NCBI RefSeq assembly: GCF_000281045.1
Contig: NW_008246071.1
Location: 865,172 to 929,171, forward strand
Source of the DNA: Saprolegnia diclina VS20
Lineage: Eukaryota
Direction of reading: 5' to 3'
Length of the DNA stretch: 64,000 nt
Shown here: positions 34,408-45,262 of the stretch, in pieces
Numbering within the stretch: position 1 is the first letter of the stretch
Layout: the number at the start of each line of letters is the position of its first letter
Notes under the pieces: model-generated
Told to the model about the DNA's origin: nothing
Seen by the model: the letters and a program-made list of their open reading frames with translations, nothing else
Database searches by the model: none
Translations under genes and position numbers: made by a program

Positions 34408-35655
34408 TTACGCCAAGAGATGTGTAGCCTCGGACGGCGTAAGCTCCTTTGTCGTCTCGTCATCGTGCGACGGAATCGTGCGCGAAAAGACGTACAGGCC
34501 AAGTAGCGCAAGGGGCACCCCGAGGTCCGCAACCGTCCACATGAAGCTCGCACCGTACGCGTTGTAGAGGTAGCCACCAAGCATGGTGCCAACGCCGCGC
34601 GCCAGCCCGTTTTGGACTGCACTGAGGATGCCCATCATCAAGCCCTCGGTACCGCGTGGGGCTTCCGCGTAAATGTACTTGGTGCTTGCGGCCCACGCGA
34701 GGCCATACGTGCAGCCATGGAGAAACTCAAACGGCAGTGCAATCCACGCATTCGTCATGAGCGCATAGCACGTGAGCCGCACCCCATACGCCAGAATCGA
34801 AATCGCGAGCACCTTGACCGTCCCGAGCTTGGCGATGATGGCGTCGGCAAAGTAGAAGGCCGGGAGCTCCGAGAAGGTCTCGCACCAAATGGCGATACCG
34901 ACGATTTGCGCCGACCCGCCGCTGAGCTCATACAAGTTGAGCGTCAGGAACGCCGAGATGACACCAAACATGGTGCCACCGAGGAAGACGACGAGGAGCA
35001 GCCCGAGCACATCCTTTTTTTGAAAGAGCGTCTTCAAGCCCGCCGAGAACGACGAGGCGGGCGGCGACGAAGACGCGCTCGACGGCGATGCGCACCCGCC
35101 GTCGCACGGTGGAATCATTTGCAAAAATACAATCGCGGGCACGACAAAAATCAAGTTCATGTAGAACGCCCATGAAATGCCGTAGGACGCGACGACGACA
35201 CCGGCCACGTACGCACCGATACCGTAGCCGACCGCACCGTAGAGCCGCTGCTTGCCGTACTCGGCGCCAAGTCGCGTCACGAGCGCAAGGACCGTTTGAT
35301 CGAGGAGCGGCCACGACGGCTGCGCCTGGTAGTTGGCGAGGAAGACAAGCACGCACGTCCAGAAGAAGCTTTTCGAGGCAAATTGGATCGCGTACATGAG
35401 GAGAGCACCCGAGAGGAGGCAAAAGATGTGGATGAGGCGCTGCTGTTGGAGAATGTCGGCGATCGCACCCCACATGGGCGGGGCGAGCATCGAGCAAATG
35501 CATGGCAGCGTCTGCAGAATGCCGATCTGGAACTTGTCAAAGTACGTGTTGAAATAGACGGGGAGGAAGTTGAGGACGGCGCTGAAGCCAATGTTGAAGA
35601 GCGTGTAGACAGCCTTTGGCGGTAGTAGCGCCGTCGTGTGGTCGGTCTGAGCCAT
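34408..35655 (-). CDS. MFS transporter, MFSD6/MFS_1-like (LacY/NHS-related), paralogue 1 (415 aa)
   Basis: About 12 hydrophobic segments; PPMWGAIAD, EYGKQRLYGAVGYG, ELPAFY, EFLHG, GGYLYN. Start at MAQTDH. Confidence 0.9.
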   Translation of the reverse strand: MAQTDHTTALLPPKAVYTLFNIGFSAVLNFLPVYFNTYFDKFQIGILQTLPCICSMLAPPMWGAIADILQQQRLIHIFCLLSGALLMYAIQFASKSFFWTCVLVFLANYQAQPSWPLLDQTVLALVTRLGAEYGKQRLYGAVGYGIGAYVAGVVVASYGISWAFYMNLIFVVPAIVFLQMIPPCDGGCASPSSASSSPPASSFSAGLKTLFQKKDVLGLLLVVFLGGTMFGVISAFLTLNLYELSGGSAQIVGIAIWCETFSELPAFYFADAIIAKLGTVKVLAISILAYGVRLTCYALMTNAWIALPFEFLHGCTYGLAWAASTKYIYAEAPRGTEGLMMGILSAVQNGLARGVGTMLGGYLYNAYGASFMWTVADLGVPLALLGLYVFSRTIPSHDDETTKELTPSEATHLLA

Positions 35656-36445
35656 GGTCGGCGCTCGGCAAAGACAATTTGAAACTGGAATCCAGCAAGT
35701 TGGGAAACCGACTAGCGACCTGGACGCACCGAGGTACCCAATCCGCGACTGGACGACCACGTGCGCCAATCAACGCGCGCACGACGTGGGCGACGCGGTT
35801 CCTTGTACCTAGGCGAGGACGCACTCCTTTGCACACACCTAGTATCCGCAGCCGGGCATACCCAGACGCGAGAAATCTTGTGAGCTCGGATGCCCCAAAG
35901 CAAAAAACACGAGGTCGGATGCCACCCAAGAGGCCGCTCGGACCATGTCCACGCACCGAGCGACTGTTTCTACCTCGGCAGCCATCGCATGACGCAGCAT
36001 CTCGACTAGATACGCTCCACCAGCGTCGTGTCGTTATCTCTCTTGGCTACAGTATCCTGTAGCTCTCGGAATGAATGATGGGGCAGGGACACGGTCCCGC
36101 TTGTCACATGCGGGCTTCAACGCTTCAAGAAAGCCCTGACTGCGACGAGCAACTCACCGTCTTATCCTTGTTGCGCATCGCCTCGGGCTGCGCATATACT
36201 GAGTTGTAGAATAAGGGTTGGCAGCCAACTAGGGCGAAAAATAGTGGCTGGACAACGAATGATGTCGGAGAACCGCCCCTTTTGCCATGCCCTGTAGCCG
36301 TATCTTGAGTGCGACGTTGGCCATGTCAGAAGGCATAGGATTGGACAAAATCCATCACATATTGACCAACCAAATGCCATAAAATTGTTTCGGCCATCAC
36401 AACCACGACATGGATCCGTGCTTCCCAGTCACAACCGAGTACTTA

Positions 36446-36906
36446 GGAGGAGTTCCGAGTAAAAATATGGGACGGATGGGAGACGGGCACATTTTACTCG
36501 GAACGATTTTTGCAAAATACGACGAAAAACCATCTGCGCTATGATTGGCTAATATTCAATGGAATTTTAGCCAACCAATTTGGTCGCTTCTTGACGGAAG
36601 CCGGCAAAAGCCTTGTTGTAGTACCAAGAAAGTGAGCGCGAGCTCCACTTAAGCCAATCTACATGTGGACATCATGTTGCTCGAGTTTTGTGGCCATTGC
36701 AATCGAAAATGTCAACTGCAAAGGCGACTTTTGCTCCGTGTCTCCATCCAACGATTTGCCCAATCAAATCGCGTAATCACGAGACGGGATGAATTGGTGA
36801 GGTCGTCGAGGTCGGCCGACAACCATGCGCACGAGACGGGATGCATTTTTTTTTCCTGGCCTCTGATCGGTTGTTGCCCGTCTCACAGGTTACTCGGAAC
36901 TCCTCC
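36446..36906. mobile_element. 461-bp non-autonomous DNA transposon (MITE), PIF/Harbinger (Tourist)-like
   Basis: Perfect 17-bp TIRs GGAGGAGTTCCGAGTAA (36446-36462) and TTACTCGGAACTCCTCC (36890-36906), with TTA on both sides (36443-36445, 36907-36909). Subterminal GAGACGGG repeats; no transposase ORF. Confidence 0.85.
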
Positions 36907-36942
36907 TTATTTACTTACTCCGTGTACTTATTTACTTACTCC
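36906..36942. repeat. 16-bp direct duplication CTTATTTACTTACTCC x2 at the MITE right end
   Basis: Copies at 36906-36921 and 36927-36942. Confidence 0.8.
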
Positions 36943-37097
36943 CTCAACACAACCGAACTCGACATCACGTCCAACTCCTTTAAATGTTGCAGCTCCACAA
37001 GGTCATCCACATGCTGCGACGGTTACTCGCGCGGTGAAACCAAGTGCAACCTCAAACACCGTAGCCAGGCAGGAAACGGAAACGCCACCTTTATCTG

Positions 37098-40000
37098 ATG
37101 CGGGTGCACATTCGCCCGCCAACAACGCCGGCCGGGCCCACGAAACACATCCTAATACCTCGGCGCCACGATCGCCTTGTCGAGGTGGGTGGTGTGCTCT
37201 CGGTTATCGTCTCGATCGGCCTCAGCCTCGCTGCGATCGAGTACATTTTTACACCGTACCTCGCGACCGACTATTTCGTACCCCACTTTGCGTCGTCTGC
37301 GCCCGTGTTGGTGGCAGCGATCAACAATCAATTAACGCTCATCGGCTCTGGCGCCATCGACGTCGTCTCGCCCAACGCCGCCTACCTTTCTTCGCTGGAT
37401 GGGACAAGCCCCGCGTACGGTCGGCTCCTCGTGTACCGCGAGCTCACGACGCTTCTTGATGGCGTCCGCGGACTGCGGCGCCTCGCAACGGCGCAGGTCG
37501 TCAAGATGGTGACGCCCTACTGCTGGGCCGACTTGAACAAAACGTGGGAGCTTGCGTACACGTCCAAGCGGCAAGCCCGCTGCTTGCAGTTCGACGCTAC
37601 GAACGGCGCCGTGCACCTCGAGACGGTTTTGCGCAACATTGACTTTCAAGCATTCCTCGACAACACGCAAGGGCTCTTTCTCTCGGCGATTGGCCAGCCC
37701 ATTGCGAGCAGCGGACGCGCCGGTGACACGTGGCTCGCGTCACTCCAGTCGCATGTCTGGGTCCCCGAACGCGACGAGGTTGCGCTCTGGGCGGCGCACG
37801 GACTCGATCGATATACGCTGCAGTACGGCACCGGCATTGGCATCGGCGTCTTTGAGACGATCTCTGTCGAGACGGCCCTCGGGCAACTCCTCTCGCTCCC
37901 GCTCAAGACTATATTGACACAAGATCGATGGACGTTTCGAACCACGAGCATGCTCTGCAACCTTCTCTACAACGACTTGTACGCGATTGGCGCCAACCAA
38001 AGTCTCGTGCGGCACACGACCAACTACTTTGGCGACATCAACCCGTCGCAGATCGAGGCGTACGTGCAAGGCCTGCCCCTCCGACCCGTCCAGCAAGCCA
38101 TCCACGACGGCCTGGGCCCCCTCGGCATCATTGACGCCAAGTGGGTCCCCCCGCCACCACGCCTTCTAGCGAGCGTGAGTGCCTTTCGCGCCACTCTGGC
38201 CGCGGCACTCGTGGCCACTCCAAGCCTCTTGGGCAATGACGCGGCACGACAAACCTTGTACCCGACACCAGCGCGCTGGTCCGACACGCGCCTGCGCTTC
38301 TTCACGGGCAGCCCCATGTGTGCGTTCTCGGTGCCCCAGCGCTTTGTGCAGCAGACGTTTGGCTTTACCGACGTCTGCGGCAGCCAAATGCCATTGACGC
38401 TCGAGTGGCATGCGCTCCCCGCCGCCTATGCGCTCTGGTTGCTCGGGCCGAATGCCGCGCACGACGTTTGCAACCAGTCGTTCGCAGCGAACGCCACGAC
38501 GTGCCACCGCCTTGTTCGCGATGCCACTATTGTCTACAGCGCCACCGCACAAGCGCTTCCCATCTTGGACCCGTCGGTCGTACCAAACGTGATGGCAATC
38601 AACATTGGACTGCTGCAGATTCTGCGCATGAACGACACGTCGGACATTACCCTGGACCAGCAACTGCTTTTGTCGCCCGACTTTGACTTTCTCGGGTGGA
38701 TGTACGTCTATGACTGGGCGATCGGTGCCCGAGAAGTTATTGCGCTTCAGGGCGACGCGGCGGCATTTACACTCGTGTCGGCGTTGTATGCGCCGATCGC
38801 GACCAACCCAATCTTGGCGTCGGCGGGGTTGGGACCCTACCTCTGGTACCTCGCGACGGCGACCACGAGTACGCTGGTGGTTCTCAGCCTCTGTCTCTTC
38901 GTACTGCGCCTCCGAAGCAGCAGTCCCGGCAACGACTGGTTTCAGTTCACGCCGTTAGTCGCGTCGGTCTATATCAACCGGAATCTACTCGTGTTTCGCA
39001 GCCTTGCCGCGATCCTGTGTCTTGGGACGGCACCGCTGGATGCAAGCACGACGACCAACGGCATCACGCGCCTTCTCTTTGTTCCGCGAACATTCTCGCG
39101 ATCGGCCCTTCTCGCATTGGAGTCGCTTTGGGGTGTGCACATCGCGCACGACGTGTTACTGCCGCTAACCGGTGTTTGGCGGGCGCTGACGCCGATGACC
39201 TGTCTCGGCTGGTGCATTATCGTGGGCATGGACCAGCTGGTGCCACCAACGCTCTCGACGACGCTCGACCGGCAGTGTTATACCGTCAACATGGACTATA
39301 CAGCGTACTGCAACAGCGGGCTCGTGCGCGTCGGGAGCATGCAACGCTGCGTGGCCGTTCTCAGCGTGCTCTTTGCAGCGATAAGCGCGACGTTGTTGTA
39401 CTCGCGCTTGCGGCATCAACGCCACAACCTCAATGTGTCGAGCGCTCTTCTACCACCGATGGCACCTTTGCATGTCTCGTCGACAGGCCATCATGTGCAC
39501 TTGGTATCGGCCGTCATGTGCGGTCTCTTGCCGCTCACGTGGAGCGGCCACGCCTACATCTTTGATGTCAAGCTCTGGTGCTTGCTCTCGCGCGACGACT
39601 ACGCGTTCGAGTTGACGCAGGGTACCGGCTCTCTCGTACTACCACATTGTGCACCGACATCGTCGCCACCGACAATGGAATCGACACACGGGCTCTTGAG
39701 CATTCGCCTCATTCAGAGAGGGCTTCGCCTCTCGGGGCTCTGCTACATTGGTCTGACCCTTTGGAGTAACACAGCGTATCTCGGAGTACTGGAAACCTCC
39801 ATGGCCAATGACTTTGGCTGGGCAGGCTTCAACGCGACAGGCATGCATGCTTTTTTAGCCAACGCCTTCAACCGCCAACTGCTCACGTCGACGGACGCTA
39901 TCGTTGCACTTCACGACCCGGCATTCGGAGACGCCCTTCAGCCATACAATGGAACGGCGACCACTGTCTCATGGTTCCCGACCGTTGCGCGTCGGCATCT

Positions 40001-42347
40001 CTTCAACGCGTCAGTTCCGCTCGCAGAGCTTGTCGCGGGTCTCCGGGAGATGGAGCCATGTCAGTTGCCTTGGATGTTTACGCAGTATTGCTGGCTCGAC
40101 TTGGCGCGCCAGTGGGAAATGGCCAGCACGAGCACGCGCCAGGCGCGCTGCGTCGCAAGCCGAGGCAATGGTGCCGTGTACCTCGAGACGAGTCTGCGAA
40201 ACGTACAGGACTGGGACGCATGGCACGCTTGCTGGGGCGACTCGTTCGACAGTGGGTTTGGCCAGGATTTGCAAGCGTCGAGCGCTGGTCAAGCATGGCT
40301 GCGCAGCGTCTATTCCAACACTCTTTCAGTCACGGACGAAGTGCTCTACTGGCGCACCCATGGGATCTCCATTTTTTTGCTGCAGTGGCAAAACTTCAAG
40401 GACCTTGGCCTTAGCGACGCCATGACCATCATGACGCCGTTTGGCCTTTCGTATACACTGCCGATAAGCCAGCGAGACGGTGAACTGCATTTGGCGTATC
40501 AGACGACCCACCGCATGTACTGGGCGTTCGCGAGTGATCTCTGGGCGGTCAGCCCCAATGCGACGAGCATTGGTGGCAAGTCGCTGCTTCGAAACAGCCC
40601 GCGTTTTGCATTTGCCAACACCTCGCGCGCGAGTTTGTTGTTTGAAAACCTAACCCTAGCCTCACCACTCGACAGCGGGCTCAGTGCGCTGACGGCTACG
40701 TTAGGACCATTTGGCGCCGTTGATCTTGTGTACGTGAGCTGTCCGCGGTCGCTCTTGGATCTCTACGACCATGTGCTCCGCGCGATTGCGACGACCACGA
40801 CCACGCGCCTTGACGCGCAGAGTGCGTTCTTGTCGCTGCCCATCAAAGCGTACATTGGCCAAGTGCCACGCGTGTTGCTAACTGATGCGAGCGTGCGCAT
40901 CGTTGGCGGCAATCTCATGTGCGGCGCCGACATTGCGCCGACCGCCCCGTCCAGTGCCTTGGATGCGCTCTTTGGCATCGATGCAATTTGCTCCTGGTGG
41001 TACCTCGAGTACCTCACCCCGTCCCCAACCGGCCTTCTTTTCGCGCTTCTCGGGTTTGACGCGGTGCATACCATTGACCCAGTGGTGGACTGGAGTGCAT
41101 TTTGCGCTGGCGACGTCTACGCAGAAGCGAATTGCGCCGACATTTACGCTGCCTCCTATGCGTTTGCAAGTGCTATCGCATTCAACACGACGCTTGTGCA
41201 GCATTTGGCCGCCGCCGCCGAGGCCGACGCACGCGCCCTCTCGATCGAGGTCGTCCAGTACCTGCAACGACCCAACAGCAGCGAGACCGAGCTGTACCAA
41301 CTCAATATTCTCGACGACGTTGATCGCTCGTGGATCTTTTTTGGGTGGCACTACCTCGCCGAGTGGGTGGTCGGGCAGCGCGAAGTTGTTTCGTTTCAAG
41401 GCGACACACGGACGATCACAGCCATTTCGCGGCACTCGAGCCCAGTGACACTCGCTCTCAGCGACGCAGCGATCCCGACGCGGCTCTCGTACGTCTGTCA
41501 GCAGTGCGTCCGGTACGTGACGGGCGCGATGATGCTCGGCGCGGGCGTTGCCGCCTACTACGCAATCATTATCTGCCGCGGCGTCTTTGAAGGCTCCAAC
41601 CTTTTCGCGCTGAATCGACTTGTGGGCCACGCCTGGATAGGCCGCGCGCTGCTCATTGTCCGGGGAGTCACGGCGCTCTGGCTTCTCAACACGGCGCCGC
41701 TCGATCTGGTGGCGTTCGGCGCCGGCGCGCGCTTCGAGGCACCGCCCGTCGCGTGGTTTCCAACGCTCTTGGCCGCGTCCGAGCTCACGTGGCTCGTCTA
41801 CATCGCCAACGACGTCTTTAGCTGCATTACGCGCCAGTACACACCGCTCTATGCCTGGAAAAGCTCGGTTGGTGCGTCGATCGCGGCCGCAGCCTGGACC
41901 ATCGCGGCGCCCCAAGTGTACGCAGCGTCCGTGCGCCGCAGCTGCACGTACGTCAACATGGACTTGGCGCTGCACTGCATAAGCGGATACATCGAGATTG
42001 GCCGCCTACGCAACGTCTGGATCGACGTCGCGCTGTGTCTCGGCTGCGTTCTCGCCGGCGCTGTCTCAGAACGCTTGTACCGCCCAAAGTTGCCCGCGAC
42101 ACCCGTGCCCTCACTGCTGCTGGGCGCAGCGAGTCTCTACACGCTCGAAATGAGTTCGTGGGTTGCCAACGGGCAGCAGTACATTGACCGCATGTCGGCA
42201 GCCATGGCTGGTCTGCTGACGTGGCGCCACGACAGCATCATGTACGTCTTTGACATCAAGAGCTGGCGGCTCTTCACGGTCGTGCCCGAAGCCAAGTGCC
42301 CGTTCGATGCAACGGCAGTCGTAGCGCTGCACCGTATCGCTTCTTGA
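37098..42347 (+). CDS. Large polytopic membrane protein of unknown function with two homologous ~850-aa halves (1749 aa, intronless)
   Basis: Duplicated motifs: TPYCWADLNKTWELAYTSKRQARC..NGAVHLETVLRN / TQYCWLDLARQWEMASTSTRQARC..NGAVYLETSLRN; GWMYVYDWAIGAREV..QGD / GWHYLAEWVVGQREV..QGD; YIFDVKLW / YVFDIKSW. Multiple TM segments in each half. Confidence 0.88.
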   Translation: MRVHIRPPTTPAGPTKHILIPRRHDRLVEVGGVLSVIVSIGLSLAAIEYIFTPYLATDYFVPHFASSAPVLVAAINNQLTLIGSGAIDVVSPNAAYLSSLDGTSPAYGRLLVYRELTTLLDGVRGLRRLATAQVVKMVTPYCWADLNKTWELAYTSKRQARCLQFDATNGAVHLETVLRNIDFQAFLDNTQGLFLSAIGQPIASSGRAGDTWLASLQSHVWVPERDEVALWAAHGLDRYTLQYGTGIGIGVFETISVETALGQLLSLPLKTILTQDRWTFRTTSMLCNLLYNDLYAIGANQSLVRHTTNYFGDINPSQIEAYVQGLPLRPVQQAIHDGLGPLGIIDAKWVPPPPRLLASVSAFRATLAAALVATPSLLGNDAARQTLYPTPARWSDTRLRFFTGSPMCAFSVPQRFVQQTFGFTDVCGSQMPLTLEWHALPAAYALWLLGPNAAHDVCNQSFAANATTCHRLVRDATIVYSATAQALPILDPSVVPNVMAINIGLLQILRMNDTSDITLDQQLLLSPDFDFLGWMYVYDWAIGAREVIALQGDAAAFTLVSALYAPIATNPILASAGLGPYLWYLATATTSTLVVLSLCLFVLRLRSSSPGNDWFQFTPLVASVYINRNLLVFRSLAAILCLGTAPLDASTTTNGITRLLFVPRTFSRSALLALESLWGVHIAHDVLLPLTGVWRALTPMTCLGWCIIVGMDQLVPPTLSTTLDRQCYTVNMDYTAYCNSGLVRVGSMQRCVAVLSVLFAAISATLLYSRLRHQRHNLNVSSALLPPMAPLHVSSTGHHVHLVSAVMCGLLPLTWSGHAYIFDVKLWCLLSRDDYAFELTQGTGSLVLPHCAPTSSPPTMESTHGLLSIRLIQRGLRLSGLCYIGLTLWSNTAYLGVLETSMANDFGWAGFNATGMHAFLANAFNRQLLTSTDAIVALHDPAFGDALQPYNGTATTVSWFPTVARRHLFNASVPLAELVAGLREMEPCQLPWMFTQYCWLDLARQWEMASTSTRQARCVASRGNGAVYLETSLRNVQDWDAWHACWGDSFDSGFGQDLQASSAGQAWLRSVYSNTLSVTDEVLYWRTHGISIFLLQWQNFKDLGLSDAMTIMTPFGLSYTLPISQRDGELHLAYQTTHRMYWAFASDLWAVSPNATSIGGKSLLRNSPRFAFANTSRASLLFENLTLASPLDSGLSALTATLGPFGAVDLVYVSCPRSLLDLYDHVLRAIATTTTTRLDAQSAFLSLPIKAYIGQVPRVLLTDASVRIVGGNLMCGADIAPTAPSSALDALFGIDAICSWWYLEYLTPSPTGLLFALLGFDAVHTIDPVVDWSAFCAGDVYAEANCADIYAASYAFASAIAFNTTLVQHLAAAAEADARALSIEVVQYLQRPNSSETELYQLNILDDVDRSWIFFGWHYLAEWVVGQREVVSFQGDTRTITAISRHSSPVTLALSDAAIPTRLSYVCQQCVRYVTGAMMLGAGVAAYYAIIICRGVFEGSNLFALNRLVGHAWIGRALLIVRGVTALWLLNTAPLDLVAFGAGARFEAPPVAWFPTLLAASELTWLVYIANDVFSCITRQYTPLYAWKSSVGASIAAAAWTIAAPQVYAASVRRSCTYVNMDLALHCISGYIEIGRLRNVWIDVALCLGCVLAGAVSERLYRPKLPATPVPSLLLGAASLYTLEMSSWVANGQQYIDRMSAAMAGLLTWRHDSIMYVFDIKSWRLFTVVPEAKCPFDATAVVALHRIAS

Positions 42348-42527
42348 GTATCCGAAATACGAATGACTGACTTGACGTCATCTTTTCCGTGTCACGACGC
42401 GCCAGTAAGGTGCAAAGTCGCTGTGTTTTGCCCATGTGCCCTGGGAAGGTCGTCGTCTCGGCCCTCGTTGGGTCTTCTTCTCGCGGGCGCATCGAGCTTT
42501 CTGGGCATCTCTCTGCACCTTATATAT

Positions 42528-42706
42528 ATGAACGTGTTCCGCGTTATCTTCATTATGACACAAAGACTTCGCATACGTAGCGCTACGCCTGAATGCCAGG
42601 GAGTTGGCACCAGCACTGGGTCGTTGGGAGTGAGCTGCGCACGGAGAGATCCATCCCTGGTGGACCCCACTCGCCGAGTCACAGCTCGCACGCAGGCTCC
42701 TGTACT
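42528..42706. repeat. ~180-bp dispersed repeat, copy 2 (homologous to 20731-20911)
   Basis: Same orientation as copy 1, with collinear shared blocks and small indels. Confidence 0.9.
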
Positions 42707-42896
42707 ATGCACCTTGTCCATAACACTTCGGTGCTGCAACTCGATCGCTCATTCAGAAACTTCGTTATGGTTCCGAGGCAAAATGCACCTCGAAGGCGAG
42801 TGTTCATCGAGCCTGCGATCTTTCTGTTGCAGCAAATAGAGCCGACGAGAAACCAAGCAAACGTCGCGTACATGGTACCGTAGAAAGCAAGCTCTA

Positions 42897-44123
42897 TTAC
42901 ACCAAAAGCGGACTCGACTCAGCGGCGGTTGTCTCTGCTTTGTGCGTCGGCATCGTGCACGAAAAGATGTAGAGACCGACGAAGGCCAGCGGCACGCCCA
43001 TGTCGGCCGCCGCCCACATGCAGCTCGCACCGTACGTGTTGTAGAGGTACCCGCCAACCGATGTGCCGACGCCGCGCCCGAGGCCTGTTTGCACCGCGCT
43101 GAGGATGCCCATCATCAAGCCTTCCGTGCCGCGCGGCACTTCGGCGAAAATGTACTTGGTGCTCGCGGCCCACGCGAGGCCATACGTGCAGCCGTGGAGA
43201 AGCTCGATCGGCAGCACATACCACGCGTTCGTCATGAGCGCATAGCACGTGAGGCGGATCCCATATGCCAGAATCGAAATCGCGAGCACCTTGACGGTCC
43301 CGAGGCGGTCAATGATGGCGTCGGCAAAGTAAAAGGCCGGGAGCTCCGAGAAGGTCTCGCAAAAGATCGCAATGCCGACGATCTGCGCCGACCCGCCGCT
43401 GAGTTCGTACAAGTTGAGCATCAAGAAGGCCGAGATGATGCCAAACATGGTGCCACCGAGGAAGACGACAAGGAGCAGGCCAAGCACATCCTTCTTTTGA
43501 AAGATGATGCGGACGCCGTCGGCAAACGACGGCGACGATGGGGCATTCGCCAACTTGTGCTCTTTGGCGTCCGGCGACGGGATCAGTAGCAGCGTACACA
43601 CGGTCGGAAGGCAGAAGAGCAGGTTCATATTGAACGCCCACGAGATGCCGTACTGCGAGACGATGAGACCGGTGATGTAGGCGCCGGCGCCCCACCCGAC
43701 GGCGCCGTAGAGCCGCTGCTTGCCGTACTCGGCGCCGAGCCGCGTCACGAGCGCAAGGACTGTTTGATCGAGGAGTGGCCAGAGCGGCGTCGACTGAAAA
43801 TTGGCCAGAAAAGCGAGCGCGCACGTCAAGGCAAAGCTGTTGGCGCCAAACTGGATCGAGTACATGAGCAACGTCGTCGAGACAAGACAGAGGATGTGCA
43901 CTAGACGCTGCTTCTGGAGCAGATCCGCGATCGCGCCCCAGAGCGGCGGCGCGACGAGCGAGCAGATGCACGGGATCGTCTGGAGGAGGCCGATTTCAAA
44001 CTTGTTGAAGTACGTGCTAAAGTAGACTGGGAGGAAGTTCTGGACCGAGCTCGCGCCGACGTTGAAGAGCACGTAGACGAGCTTGGCGGGAAGGAGCTGC
44101 TTCCAGTACGTTCGTTCGACCAT
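42897..44123 (-). CDS. MFSD6-like MFS transporter paralogue 2 (408 aa)
   Basis: Start at MVERTY; PPLWGAIAD, YGKQRLYGAVGWG, ELPAFY, ELLHG. Confidence 0.9.
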   Translation of the reverse strand: MVERTYWKQLLPAKLVYVLFNVGASSVQNFLPVYFSTYFNKFEIGLLQTIPCICSLVAPPLWGAIADLLQKQRLVHILCLVSTTLLMYSIQFGANSFALTCALAFLANFQSTPLWPLLDQTVLALVTRLGAEYGKQRLYGAVGWGAGAYITGLIVSQYGISWAFNMNLLFCLPTVCTLLLIPSPDAKEHKLANAPSSPSFADGVRIIFQKKDVLGLLLVVFLGGTMFGIISAFLMLNLYELSGGSAQIVGIAIFCETFSELPAFYFADAIIDRLGTVKVLAISILAYGIRLTCYALMTNAWYVLPIELLHGCTYGLAWAASTKYIFAEVPRGTEGLMMGILSAVQTGLGRGVGTSVGGYLYNTYGASCMWAAADMGVPLAFVGLYIFSCTMPTHKAETTAAESSPLLV

Positions 44124-45262
44124 GCCGACCACTCAATGTCCACGCTGCACGCCGGAGCGATGTCGGAAAGTAACATTCGACACGTTCCCGCCACAAGACG
44201 TTACAGACGACGACGCGTCACAGGATGTCCTGCAACGACGAACTTCCTCTTCGCACTCTGTCGACGCCTATCGATGGATATGGATCTCGTGCACGGACCT
44301 TTTTATGACCGAGACGAGACACATTGGACGCACATAGCGACGCACGCTTCAAGGTATCCGCGATAGAAGCTCGCGGTCGTCGCAAAGGCTCGTCGGCACT
44401 CCACACTGGATGCCACGACCAGGCCGCGCATTGTAGGACTATCCGGATACGAATAACAGACGCCCTGTCGCAGCTGAATTCGCAAGTTGCCTGGTTGAGC
44501 TTGGAGACGTACCCATGATGTAACGTGCGATTAGTAGTCGCACTGAAGCGACGAGGACCGGGGCTCCGAGCACCGACTTGAAGGCTAGTCGGCACTCGGT
44601 GCCTTCAAGTAGTTTTGGATGAGCTGTGAACTCGACCATTCAATTACTCTGACGGCCACTGGTAGTTTTCATTTGGTGGTGGTTTGACGGCCACTAATTG
44701 AACCGCCGTCCTCGTACCAATGAATGATCCCCGCTGGTGCTAGCAAAATAGTAGCTATAAACTGTCAACAAATCTACCAGCCGTCTCGGGGCAAGGAAGC
44801 TTTGGCGAGTAGCTGGTACCAATACCGTCAAGGGTCGTCGCGCACCTCATTGATTGGCCAAGCGAGAGATACATTATCGCAACTTTTGCAGCGCGTCGAG
44901 CGACGACGAACAGCCGCGCGTCAATGGCCATGCTCGGTCCGAAGTGAAAAGCATCCCATTCTCGCCAAACCTCCGCAATATCCTACGTGAGACGGCGGCG
45001 CCAATGCTCTACAGCTGCCGCTTGCTGTACTTGGTGTCGAGCCGCGCCGCGAGCGCCAAGATGATACTTTATGATCACGAAGTCATCGGACATCGATATG
45101 AGTAACGGCGTGCACTGACGTGGCAAATCCTACGGCAGGGAGCTCGCTTCTCATTGGACAATGCGTTGCATTGAATCGTTTTTAGCCAGTCGCGTAGTGG
45201 CATCAACAAGGCCACGAGCTGGAAAATGTCAACCAACCAAAATGTATTTTGTTCAAAACCCT

